From Anaerolineae bacterium (lineage in GTDB: Bacteria; Chloroflexota; Anaerolineae; CG2-30-64-16), in assembly GCA_026645775.1 (NCBI GenBank), contig JAPKMS010000112.1, positions 1 to 54,861 of the forward strand: a stretch of 54,861 bases of DNA, given 5' to 3'. The position numbers and the translations under genes were made by a program. Positions 24,920 through 34,100 of the stretch are shown one piece after another. Position 1 is the stretch's first letter. The number at the start of each line of letters is the position of its first letter. Below the pieces are notes generated by a model. The model saw nothing but the letters and a program-made list of their open reading frames with translations. It had not been told where the DNA came from and made no database searches.

Positions 24920-26935
24920 TTATGGCACCAGCAGGCGCGCGACCTGGTGCACGGCGAACCCTGCTGCATAGGATACGGCCAGCAGCAGGCCCACGCTGGT
25001 CAGCGTCCAGCGCCAACTGCGCGTCTCCTGCCGGATGATGGCCACCGTGGCGATGCAAGGGATGAACAGCATCTGGGTCACCAGGAAGGCGAGTGCTGCG
25101 GCCGGAGAAATGGCAGCCGCCAGGGTCGCGACCAGTCCCTCGCCGCCGCGGCCGTAAAGCACACCCAATGTCGCGATCGTATTCTCCTTGCGCACAAAAC
25201 CGGTGAGGAGCGCCACCATCATCTGCCAATTCAGCCCCAACGGTGCGCCTGTGGGCGCCAGGAAGCGCCCGGCCGCGGCCAGGTAGCTGTGCTCGATGTC
25301 GCCGCCCGGCAGCGTAGAGAGCGCCCAGAGCACGACCGACATCACCAGGATAATGGTTGCGGCGCCCTTAAGAAAGTCGATGATCCGGTCACGCACGGAG
25401 ATGGCGATGTTACGCGTGTGGGGCGCATGGAAGACCGGCAGCTCCATGATGAAGGCGATGTGCTCGCCCCCCAGCAGCGACTCGTGCAAGACGAACCCGA
25501 TCAGCGCCAGCGCGGCCAGGGCCAGCACCGCCAGCCCCACCGCGACCAGGGGCGCAGCCGCGCCGAAGAAGATGGGCGCCAGGAACGCGATGACCGTCAG
25601 CCGCGCCGGGCATGGGACGAGCGGCGCGAGTAAGATAGTAAGGATCCGGGCACGTCGGGAGTCGATGACGCGCGTGGCCATCACCGCGGGCACGTTGCAG
25701 CCGAACCCCATGAAAAGCGGCATGAAGCTGTTGCCGTGCAGCCCCATGCTGTGCATGAAGCGATCCGTCATATACGCGGCCCGCGCGATGTAGCCGACGT
25801 CTTCCAGAAAGCCGAGCAGTGAGAAAAAGATCAGCAGGATCGGCATGAAGGTCAGCACGGTGCCGGCTCCGGCGAGCACGCCATCGGCCAACAGCCCCAC
25901 AACCCACGCCGGCGCCCAGCCGAGCGCCGACCGCAGCCACTCTGCCAGCGCCCGCACCACGTGCGCCTCCAGCCATGTCTGCGCGGGCGTGCCCAGGGCG
26001 TAGGTCAGCCAGAAAGTCAATCCCAGCACTGCGAACAGCGCGGCCAGGCCGGCGATCGGGTGGGTCAGCACGCTGTCGAAGCGATCGGTTAGCGTGAGCT
26101 CCCCTGCACGCGGCCGCCGCACCGCCGCGCGCACCATGCGGCCGATCCACTGGTAGCGTCCGCTGGCCACGGCCAGGACCGCGTCCTCGTGTTCCCGTAA
26201 GATCGCGTGGACCGGCTCCCAGCGCTCGCCGAGGCGGTCGGCCACTGCTGCCGTGACCTCGGCGTCTCCCTGCAGCAGGCTGAGCGCAGCCCAAGTCTCA
26301 GGGTAGGGTGGGGGCACGTGGCCGGCGATGAGCCGCTCGATCGCGGTCAGCACTTCGCGATGGTCGGCGCGAATTTGGGGCCGACGGGGCGCATAAGGCG
26401 CGCCCTGCGCCAGCCGGACCGCGGCATCTATCAGCTCGGCCAGGCCCTGCCCCTTGCTGGCGATCATTGGCACGACCGGCAGGCCCAGCGCCGCCTCCAG
26501 AACGTCGGCATCCACCTCGATCCCCTGTTGCTCCGCCACATCGAGCATGTTTAGGCCCAGGACGACGGGTGCGGGCAGCGCGAGCAGCTCGGTCAGCAGG
26601 TAGAGGTTGCGCTCCAGCGCGGAGGCATCGGCGATCAGTGCAATCACCGAGGGGCGCTCTGTCAGGAGATAGTCGCGTGTGATGCGCTCCTCGGCAGAGC
26701 AAGCAGTCAGATTGTAGGCGCCCGGCAGGTCTACCACGCGGACGGCCAGATCCGCGATGCGGTATAACCCCTCGCGCGGCTCGCTCGTCTTGCCCGGCCA
26801 GTTGGCCACGTGCTGCGAGAGTCCGGTCAGTGCGCTGAAGACCGCGGACTTGCCGGTGTTGGGCTGGCCGACCAACGCCACCGTGACCGTCTCCAAGTGG
26901 CCGGATTCTGCCTGTGCCTCCCATGGCTCAGTCAT
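24920..26935 (-). CDS. feoB: Ferrous iron transporter FeoB
   Basis: G-domain VALVGQPNTGKSAVF...DLPGAY, followed by a polytopic permease. Start at MTEPWE (26935) overlaps the fur-feoA stop by 8 nt. Confidence 0.9.
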   Translation of the reverse strand: MTEPWEAQAESGHLETVTVALVGQPNTGKSAVFSALTGLSQHVANWPGKTSEPREGLYRIADLAVRVVDLPGAYNLTACSAEERITRDYLLTERPSVIALIADASALERNLYLLTELLALPAPVVLGLNMLDVAEQQGIEVDADVLEAALGLPVVPMIASKGQGLAELIDAAVRLAQGAPYAPRRPQIRADHREVLTAIERLIAGHVPPPYPETWAALSLLQGDAEVTAAVADRLGERWEPVHAILREHEDAVLAVASGRYQWIGRMVRAAVRRPRAGELTLTDRFDSVLTHPIAGLAALFAVLGLTFWLTYALGTPAQTWLEAHVVRALAEWLRSALGWAPAWVVGLLADGVLAGAGTVLTFMPILLIFFSLLGFLEDVGYIARAAYMTDRFMHSMGLHGNSFMPLFMGFGCNVPAVMATRVIDSRRARILTILLAPLVPCPARLTVIAFLAPIFFGAAAPLVAVGLAVLALAALALIGFVLHESLLGGEHIAFIMELPVFHAPHTRNIAISVRDRIIDFLKGAATIILVMSVVLWALSTLPGGDIEHSYLAAAGRFLAPTGAPLGLNWQMMVALLTGFVRKENTIATLGVLYGRGGEGLVATLAAAISPAAALAFLVTQMLFIPCIATVAIIRQETRSWRWTLTSVGLLLAVSYAAGFAVHQVARLLVP

Positions 26936-27716
26936 GTGCCTGTTCTGTCTCCAAGTGGCGGGATGCACTTGGGATGACCAGCACCTGGCTCGCCTCACCC
27001 GCGCCCAGGGCCACCCGCGTATCGCGTAGCCGCACGATCAGCGGCCCGTGGGCCCTGGTCTGCAGCACCTTGAGCTCGGTTCCCGGGGCAAAGCCGAGGC
27101 CCGCCAGCCGAGCCCCGAGTCCGGAGCCGCCGATCAGACCGACAACTACCCCGGCATCCCCCGGCTGCAGGCTGCTGAGGGGTCTCGCTGCATCCTCTCC
27201 GCCGGTTGCCTCGGGCATCCGGCTTTGCGAGGTCATCCCGGCGGGCAGCAGGCGCGGGGCGCCCGCTGCGGCTTCTTGTTCTTGAGCGGCCCGGCACGCG
27301 GCGCAGAAGCCCATCAGCTCAATGCGGACCTCTTGAACGTCGTAGCCGTACTCCGCCCCGACAGAGCCTGCCAACTCGTCGGCCAGGAACGTCGAAAACT
27401 CTGCTACCCGGCCGCAGCCGCGACAGATCAGGTGGTGGTGCGCGGCGGCCGGTTTCAACTCATAGTGGTGATGATCCTCGCCCAAGTGCACCTCATCCAC
27501 CAGCCCCAGGTCGCGCAGCAGGCTCAGCGTGCGGTAAACCGTCGACAGGCTGAGACGGGGGTTCTGCTGACGGGCCAATGCGTAGATCTGGTCGGCGTCG
27601 AGGTGTTCGCCGTGCGCGCGGACGATCTCCAGGAGCAGGCGGCGCTGCTCGGTGACGCGGCGACGAGTCGCATGCAGGGTGGTTTCCAGGGGGTGGGCGG
27701 TGGACATAGCGGCCAA
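26928..27716 (-). CDS. Fur-family regulator fused to a C-terminal FeoA domain
   Basis: N-terminal RVTEQRRLLLEIV...LSTVYRTLSLLRDLGLV..HHHYEL..HHHLICRGCG is the Fur pattern. C-terminal LSSLQPGDAGVVVGL...LAGLGFAPGTELKVLQT...GPLIVRLRDTRVALG is FeoA/SH3-like. Confidence 0.8.
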   Translation of the reverse strand: MAAMSTAHPLETTLHATRRRVTEQRRLLLEIVRAHGEHLDADQIYALARQQNPRLSLSTVYRTLSLLRDLGLVDEVHLGEDHHHYELKPAAAHHHLICRGCGRVAEFSTFLADELAGSVGAEYGYDVQEVRIELMGFCAACRAAQEQEAAAGAPRLLPAGMTSQSRMPEATGGEDAARPLSSLQPGDAGVVVGLIGGSGLGARLAGLGFAPGTELKVLQTRAHGPLIVRLRDTRVALGAGEASQVLVIPSASRHLETEQAHD

Positions 27717-27819
27717 GCCTTATTGAGAATGGATTGCGATTGCCATCATACTGCGCCCGGAGTGGGGTGTCAACTGCGCCATGGCCGTAGGGTGTGCACG
27801 TTGGGGGCAGAAGTAAGCG

Positions 27820-27866
27820 GAGCATCCTGAGAACCGCCACGCCGCGCGGCGGTTCTCAGGATGCTC
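27820..27866 (-). terminator. 19-bp perfect stem-loop downstream of the giant FG-GAP gene
   Basis: GAGCATCCTGAGAACCGCC (27820-27838), 9-nt loop, GGCGGTTCTCAGGATGCTC (27848-27866). It lies between the gene's end (27943) and the fur-feoA start (27716). No clean U-tract. Confidence 0.5.
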
Positions 27867-27942
27867 GCGCCCCAGAACTGAAATGCCAGTGCATGGAAAG
27901 GTGAGACAGGTTGCCACCCCGTCCTACCAGCCCGGTTTCGGG

Positions 27943-30900
27943 TCAGGACTCGTCTTCGATCAGGTTTTGATGTTGCAGTCCGTTGTCACTCCACGGGATG
28001 CGCGGCGACATCGCCTGGCCGCCCACGAAGAGCAGCACGTTCTTGCCGAGGCTGCCGCAGCGAGCGACGGCCGTCGAATCGCTCGCCGCCACAGTGACTT
28101 CGTAGACAAGGCCGGTGGTCTCTGCGCGGGTGCGACCCCGGCCGCACACCGCACCGTCTACTAACGCCAGCACCGACATGCCGGCCGCCGGCGCAAACTT
28201 GGGGCTGGTGTTGACCAGGCCGTAAAGCGTCAGCGGCGGCCGGAGGGGCTGCTTGCGGGTCCAGGCGGTGGGGGTGGTCGGCGTCGCCCCCAGGCTTTCT
28301 CCGCCCGGGAATGCGCCGCGCAGATGGAGCGTGATCGGTTCGGTCGCCGTGATGTGGATCCAGTACCCGTGCGAGAACTCCAGGGTGGCCAGGTCGTTGC
28401 GGGGGCCAGGAACGGGCGCGTACAACTTCCAGGAGTCTGCCGCGTCCGCCGCGTCGAAGCCGTAGACGGCGGAGTAGCTGCCGGCGATGGAGGCGAGCAC
28501 CGCACTGATCGGCCTGGCTGCTGCTGGTACGCCAGCCGTCTGCACGGGGTAGCCGAGCAGGTTCCAGCCGGGCTGGAGGGTGATATCGATGTGCGAGAAC
28601 AACGCGTAGAGCCCCGGACCCACCAGCCGCGCCGAAATCAGATTGTGCTCAAGATCGAGTTTTTGCCCGTCAAGGATGCGCCAGGTTTTTGCGTTGGCTT
28701 CCCAGAAATACAGGTGGATGAAAGCCTCCTCGCCGGCCGGGACGTCGGACTGCAGATACTCGAAGGCGATGGAGCTCCGGCCGAAATCCGTGATCGGCTC
28801 CGAGGCCGCCAGCCAGTAGGCTCGGCCGATGGGGGTCGCATAGGAGATCGGATCCTGCAGCCAGGTGGCGGGCTGCAGGGTGAACGACCACTCCCGATCT
28901 GCGCCGAACTGCTCCTCGTCGGGATAGACCATCACCTGACCATCCACCGAGGCCGCCGGCGCACGCAAGCCGCGCATGCGAACGCGCAGGCCGCGCATAC
29001 GCACGCTGCGCGGGTTGTTCGATGCGCCGATCGCACCGATGCGCACGGGGTTGCCTCCCACGGCAAACTCGGCTACCGCCTGGCGCGGGTTTGTACCCAG
29101 GCCCAGTCCTTGAGTCTCGCCGACCAAGACATAACCTTCCAGCACCGGGGCGGCGGAAGTGAGGCTTGCACCATAGACGCAGCCATCCTGCAGACAGCCC
29201 TGGTGTGTCAGGGTGATGGGCGCAGGCGCAGGTCCATCCGTGGGATAGAGCCGGGCGGTCAAGGTCAGCGCTGCGTTGGCGGCGTTGTTCGGCAGCGTGA
29301 CGCTGATCTGCAGGGTTCGCGTCGATTCCGGCGAGATGATGATCTGTGGCTGCCAGCCCGCAGGTTGTTGCATTTCCAATTGGTCATCGCCGGGCGTGAT
29401 GGCCTCGCAACCGACCTGGCCATTGATCAGATCGTACACGCAGAGCCGATCGTTGGGCCGGGCGCCCCGCGCGGTCACCTGATCCCCGGTGGGCTGACCC
29501 AGGTCGATTAAGGTCGGATAGGGCATGCCCTGAAACAGATAAGCGCGTGCCTGGCTGCTGGTCTGATCCCCTGGGGTCAGGCCCTTGAGGTAGAAGATCG
29601 GCACCTCCAGCGGCTGGGTGGAGGTGATCGCTTCGGCCGGACACTCGAAAACAGGCGAGGCGGTTTCAGCCACCACTTGATTCGGCGCCGGCGGGCCAAA
29701 ACCCGTGGGCACGCAGAACCGGCGATAGACCGACTCCGGCGTCTCGCCCGGCTGACCGTAAAGCCGCGCTAACCAGGTCATTGGATCGGCGGCGGGGTCG
29801 ACAGCCTGGAACGAGATCTGCGTCACTGCCAGGGGCAGGAGACTGGGGCCGGACTCTGTCTCGGTGAAATTGCCGGTCGGTGCATTCAGCTCAGGATAGA
29901 AGCGTACGATCGTTTCCCAATCCGATCGCTGTGTGTTCAACTCCGATAAGGTCTTGACGCAATTTGATGTCTTCCAGCCCTGGTCCGGGTGGAACTCGCT
30001 GTAGGCGTTGCTGTACGGGTTGTTCATGGCGCCGGGGCAGTCGGTATCGTCGAGCGGAATCAGCAGGTCATCCGCCAGCGTGAGGTAGTCATCATCCAGG
30101 AACAGCAGGTAGTGCCCCAGCTCATGCGCCAGCGCAGCAGGCCAATCATCGCCCAGGTTGCCTGCGGTGGCGTCACCGTAGCGGTTCCAGGTCAAACCCA
30201 TCCGCACCTGCCCGGGCAGGTAGGAGATGACTCGCGGCGCAGTGCTGCCTGAGCCCTGCACCGACTGCACCGTCTCGCTGAAGACCTGTGAGACGATGCC
30301 GCCTTGGTCTGCGTTGGGGCGCAGGCGGTTGGACGCGTAGATGCGGATGTGGGCATTGTTCCAGGCGTTGGCGCCGTCGGGCAGGGAGCTGCGCCGGGCG
30401 TCGTGATAGATGCGCACGTTCCCCAAGGCGACCTGGCCGTTGGTCCAGTCGTACAGCAGCTCTGAGGTGCGGCGTAGATCGGCGCTAAGCCGTGCCGTGT
30501 ACTGCGCATCGTTGCTGGCGTTCCATTCCAGCGCCACGTTGAGATCGAACAACAGGAGCGGGTTCTCGCTGCTCACCGTCAGCGTTTGCACGCCGCCGGC
30601 CGTGACCGCGGAGGCCGCGAGCCCATTGACGGTGGGCCGGGCGCTGGTGTAGTGCAACGGGCTCAGCTTCAGCGCCAGGCCCCAGCCCAGCAATTGCACC
30701 GGCTCGGTGTCGGGCGTGGAGGCTTCCAGGATCCACGTTCCATCGGCCAGCGGGGCCGCGGCCGTGGTCAAAGGCGATGTGAAGATGCGCCGGGTCTCTA
30801 CACCGCAGGTTGGACGGGATTCGTCCGCACAGAGCGATGCACCGGCCGGCAAAGGGCCATCCAGCAATGAGGCCCGGTCGCCGTTCGGCGCCTCCAGGAC

Positions 30901-33900
30901 CAGCGCAACGGAGATAGGCAGGGTGGCCGAGATGTCGACCCAGACTTGGATGTCAGCGATGCGCCGGGCGTCGGAGATGACGAGACGGGAGCGAAGGGGA
31001 TTTGCGGAGGTGGCCGTCATCCGCAGCGGGAAGGCGTCGCTGCTGGCATTGAATCGCCAGGCCGTCGTGTCTGTTACCTCGGCCGATGGCCAGATCGCGA
31101 TCAGCTTGTCGCTCTCGGTCACGGTTCCGCCGGCCTTGATCTCGGCGCGACCCGGCAGGAAACCGTCGGTTTGCGTGCGGTACGGTTGCTCGTGTCCGCC
31201 CAGCGGCTCGGCCCCGCGTTCCTTGCCGGCCGGCAGGCGGTAGACAACAGCTCCGGCGGAGGGAACCGTTCCGCTGTACACCGCCACCAGGGTGCCCTGA
31301 ACGCTGAATGGGAGGGTGGTCGCGGTGACATAGGGCCATTGGTTCAGGTTGGGAACGGCGTCGGTGTAGCGATAGGTGCCCTTGAGGGTGGGGGTATCCG
31401 GCTGTGCGTAGGCCCGGATACGGAGCACCGTGTTATCCGAGCGGCCGATCACGCCGGACTGCCCCACGTCCCAGGTGATCTGATGGCGCTCCCCACCCGG
31501 GCTGGCCGTCAGATGTCTGAGCGCATCCGTGGGGCGACCGCTCACTGCTGTCCAATGCCCCCCGCCGTCGAGCGAATAATCGATCGCCACGCGGCCGACG
31601 GTCTCGCTTTCATCATCCTTCAGCGTGAATGCGAGCGGCACTCTCTGCGTATCCACGATCTGGCGCGAGGAGAACTGGGCTGCGTTTGGGGTGGTGACAG
31701 GCCGCGTAAACGTCACGATGGGCAGCCGGTTATCGGCATAGCGCGAGTCTCGGAGTTGGTTGTAGTGGATGCGCAGACGTTGGCTGCCGTAGCGGTTGCC
31801 CTCGATCACATCTACGGCGCCGTTGCCATCCATGTCGCCGAGCGCCACGGACCGGGTCCAGTAGGCGTCGCGGAAAGTAGTTGCGACAAAGTGTCCGTTG
31901 CCATCGTTCAGGTAGAGGACATTCTGGGCTGCTTTTTGGTCTGTCCCCCAGTTTCCGGCCACGAAATCGATCGTGCCATCGCCGTTGACGTCTCCCGCGG
32001 CGATGCTGTAGGTGCGGTCGGTGCTCTGGCCGAACGACTGCGCCAGCCGCGCCGGAAAGTTGCCCGCTCCATCGTTGAGATAGATGGTCCCCAAGTTGAA
32101 GAAGTTCCCTACCAGGATGTCGGGCTTGCTATCGCCGTTCACATCCGCCACCGCCAGGGCCCGGGTGTAGTCGCTGCCGGTTCCGAAAGACCGGCGGAGC
32201 CGATTCGGGAATTCTCCTTGACCGTCGTTTAGGTAGACATAATTCCAGTCATTCCGATTGCCTACCACGATGTCCAATCTGCCATCCCCGTTGAGGTCAG
32301 CGATTGCGACAGCCGTAGTGGAGTTGTCGGGCGCGCCCAACACGAAACTCCGTTCAGCAGAGAAACGGCCGGCGCCATCATTCGAATAGACGCCGCAGCC
32401 GTGATTTGAGCTGCACGTGACCAGATCAATGCCGTGCGCGCCGTCGAGATCGCCCACGGCCAGGCTGGTGTCGAGGTGCCCTTGAGAGGCGAGCGAACCG
32501 GGGCTGGAAATCGGGAGACGGTGCTCCAGGGGGAAATGCCCCAAACCATCATTAAAATAGATTGCGTTCTGTGCGTCGTTCACGTTGCCGGCCGCGACAT
32601 CCAGGGCGCCATCTCCGTTGAAGTCTGCCACGGCCAAGGCCCAGGTGGCCTCATCTCCCGCCCCGAACGGCTCGGCACGGAAGCGGCCAGGCCCCTCGTT
32701 GACAAAAACGACGTTCTCCCGCGTAGCGCCGGCCATCACGCCGGAGACGATATCCAATTGGCCATCTCTGTTTACGTCGCCGAGTGCGATCGCAGCGATT
32801 TCGCGCCCTTGCTCCAGATCGGTCACCGAGAACGCCGGCGTTTCCCCGTTCAGATAGATGATGTTCTGGTGCCCTTCATTGCCGGTAACGATGTCCAAGA
32901 AGCCGTCGTCGTTGACATCGGCCAGGGCGATCGCACGGGTTGCTTGACCGGGTGGTCCAAAGCCAGCGGTCAGCGCGCGCGTTAACCCTACCGGCGCTGA
33001 GCTGATTCTGACCCGATTGAGCCAGGCCGTATCACCCAGCCCCACTGCGAGATCCAGCAGCCCATCACCGTTCAGATCGCCGGTTGCCACGGCCCAGTTT
33101 TCGCCCGCGCCATCACCAAACCGCGCCGATGTAGCGAAGTTTTGGTTTCCTTGATTCGTGTACAAGATGTGGGGCTTATTTCTGTCTCCGGTTGCGTACA
33201 GGGAGACAAGGATGTCCAGCCCAGCGTTGCCGTCAAAGTTGCCCAGCGTGATGTTGCGAATCTGGTCTCCAGACCTACCGATGGTGCGTCGGTCGCGGGC
33301 CTGGCTGCTGGCTGAATCATAGAAGATCAGGGCCGCCCCTTTCACCGGCGCCAGTACCACGTCCAGGGAGCCAGTTCCATCCACATCACCCAGGGCCAGG
33401 GATGTCGCTCCATAGCTGGATGCGCCGAGCGTCCGGGTGAGCGGGAAGTGTGCGGCGCCATCGTTGAGCAAAATGAGGGTTTCCCCCAGTTTACGGGCCA
33501 GGACAACGTCGAAGTAGCCGTCCCCATTCATGTCACCCAGGGCGACGGTGGCTCTGCTGCCGGGGCGCTGCGGGGGGACGATGGTTTTGGCTTGAGCGAG
33601 GTGGCCCGTTCCATCGTTCAGATAGCGGTCGCTTGACCCGTCGCCGTAGCCCACAACCACATCCAGGTCGCCGTCGCCGTCGAGATCGCCGGCGGCCAGG
33701 CTGCTGGTGTCATCCTTGGCGCCGAACAAGAGCAGTTGCTCCGCCGGGAAGTTGCCGTGGCCGTCGTTGAGCGCGATGCTGGAGGCTTCGCCCCGGTTGC
33801 CGGCGATAATATCCAGGTCACCGTCCCCATCCATGTCACCGACCGCCAGCGCAATGGTTTTGTCGGCGCCGGTGCCGAACGGACGGCGGACGGGAAAGGT

Positions 33901-34065
33901 GACCTCCTCGCCGGAGATGGAATCAAGTTGCTGGGCGGAGGTGGTTGACAGGCTGACCGCCGAAAACAGGCCCACCAGCCCCAGGGCGCCGGTCAGGAGC
34001 GCCAGGCCGAGCGGCCGGAATCGCTGCCAGGGAGAGATAGACCCATCAGCGCGGATTCTCTTCAT
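27943..34065 (-). CDS. Giant (2040 aa) secreted/anchored protein: 14 FG-GAP/VCBS repeats, an HExxH metallopeptidase-like region and a C-terminal extension
   Basis: N-terminal signal anchor. 14 Ca-binding-like loops (GDMDGDGDLD, GDLNGDGLLD, ADVNGDSKPD ...). HELGHYLLFLDDDY at about 30095-30136. AAGGAG RBS. Confidence 0.85.
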   Translation of the reverse strand: MKRIRADGSISPWQRFRPLGLALLTGALGLVGLFSAVSLSTTSAQQLDSISGEEVTFPVRRPFGTGADKTIALAVGDMDGDGDLDIIAGNRGEASSIALNDGHGNFPAEQLLLFGAKDDTSSLAAGDLDGDGDLDVVVGYGDGSSDRYLNDGTGHLAQAKTIVPPQRPGSRATVALGDMNGDGYFDVVLARKLGETLILLNDGAAHFPLTRTLGASSYGATSLALGDVDGTGSLDVVLAPVKGAALIFYDSASSQARDRRTIGRSGDQIRNITLGNFDGNAGLDILVSLYATGDRNKPHILYTNQGNQNFATSARFGDGAGENWAVATGDLNGDGLLDLAVGLGDTAWLNRVRISSAPVGLTRALTAGFGPPGQATRAIALADVNDDGFLDIVTGNEGHQNIIYLNGETPAFSVTDLEQGREIAAIALGDVNRDGQLDIVSGVMAGATRENVVFVNEGPGRFRAEPFGAGDEATWALAVADFNGDGALDVAAGNVNDAQNAIYFNDGLGHFPLEHRLPISSPGSLASQGHLDTSLAVGDLDGAHGIDLVTCSSNHGCGVYSNDGAGRFSAERSFVLGAPDNSTTAVAIADLNGDGRLDIVVGNRNDWNYVYLNDGQGEFPNRLRRSFGTGSDYTRALAVADVNGDSKPDILVGNFFNLGTIYLNDGAGNFPARLAQSFGQSTDRTYSIAAGDVNGDGTIDFVAGNWGTDQKAAQNVLYLNDGNGHFVATTFRDAYWTRSVALGDMDGNGAVDVIEGNRYGSQRLRIHYNQLRDSRYADNRLPIVTFTRPVTTPNAAQFSSRQIVDTQRVPLAFTLKDDESETVGRVAIDYSLDGGGHWTAVSGRPTDALRHLTASPGGERHQITWDVGQSGVIGRSDNTVLRIRAYAQPDTPTLKGTYRYTDAVPNLNQWPYVTATTLPFSVQGTLVAVYSGTVPSAGAVVYRLPAGKERGAEPLGGHEQPYRTQTDGFLPGRAEIKAGGTVTESDKLIAIWPSAEVTDTTAWRFNASSDAFPLRMTATSANPLRSRLVISDARRIADIQVWVDISATLPISVALVLEAPNGDRASLLDGPLPAGASLCADESRPTCGVETRRIFTSPLTTAAAPLADGTWILEASTPDTEPVQLLGWGLALKLSPLHYTSARPTVNGLAASAVTAGGVQTLTVSSENPLLLFDLNVALEWNASNDAQYTARLSADLRRTSELLYDWTNGQVALGNVRIYHDARRSSLPDGANAWNNAHIRIYASNRLRPNADQGGIVSQVFSETVQSVQGSGSTAPRVISYLPGQVRMGLTWNRYGDATAGNLGDDWPAALAHELGHYLLFLDDDYLTLADDLLIPLDDTDCPGAMNNPYSNAYSEFHPDQGWKTSNCVKTLSELNTQRSDWETIVRFYPELNAPTGNFTETESGPSLLPLAVTQISFQAVDPAADPMTWLARLYGQPGETPESVYRRFCVPTGFGPPAPNQVVAETASPVFECPAEAITSTQPLEVPIFYLKGLTPGDQTSSQARAYLFQGMPYPTLIDLGQPTGDQVTARGARPNDRLCVYDLINGQVGCEAITPGDDQLEMQQPAGWQPQIIISPESTRTLQISVTLPNNAANAALTLTARLYPTDGPAPAPITLTHQGCLQDGCVYGASLTSAAPVLEGYVLVGETQGLGLGTNPRQAVAEFAVGGNPVRIGAIGASNNPRSVRMRGLRVRMRGLRAPAASVDGQVMVYPDEEQFGADREWSFTLQPATWLQDPISYATPIGRAYWLAASEPITDFGRSSIAFEYLQSDVPAGEEAFIHLYFWEANAKTWRILDGQKLDLEHNLISARLVGPGLYALFSHIDITLQPGWNLLGYPVQTAGVPAAARPISAVLASIAGSYSAVYGFDAADAADSWKLYAPVPGPRNDLATLEFSHGYWIHITATEPITLHLRGAFPGGESLGATPTTPTAWTRKQPLRPPLTLYGLVNTSPKFAPAAGMSVLALVDGAVCGRGRTRAETTGLVYEVTVAASDSTAVARCGSLGKNVLLFVGGQAMSPRIPWSDNGLQHQNLIEDES

Positions 34066-34100
34066 CGTCCCAGCTCCTTTCCGTTAGCGGGGGGCGGCTT

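Noticed and set aside
27722-27750. Canonical Fur box upstream of fur-feoA
   Set aside because: Only about 10 of 19 positions match GATAATGATAATCATTATC by eye. I kept it as a weak remark inside the Fur-FeoA finding, not as a feature.
28324-32232. Plus-strand ORFs of 395 aa (28324-29511) and 428 aa (30946-32232)
   Set aside because: They are shadow ORFs inside the 2040-aa FG-GAP gene. Their periodic sequence only mirrors the repeats on the coding strand.
31800-34000. Regularly spaced repeats that could be mistaken for a CRISPR-like or tandem DNA array
   Set aside because: The periodicity is at protein level (FG-GAP blades, ~60-70 codons, degenerate at DNA level). It lies inside one long ORF and has no identical short direct repeats with unique spacers.
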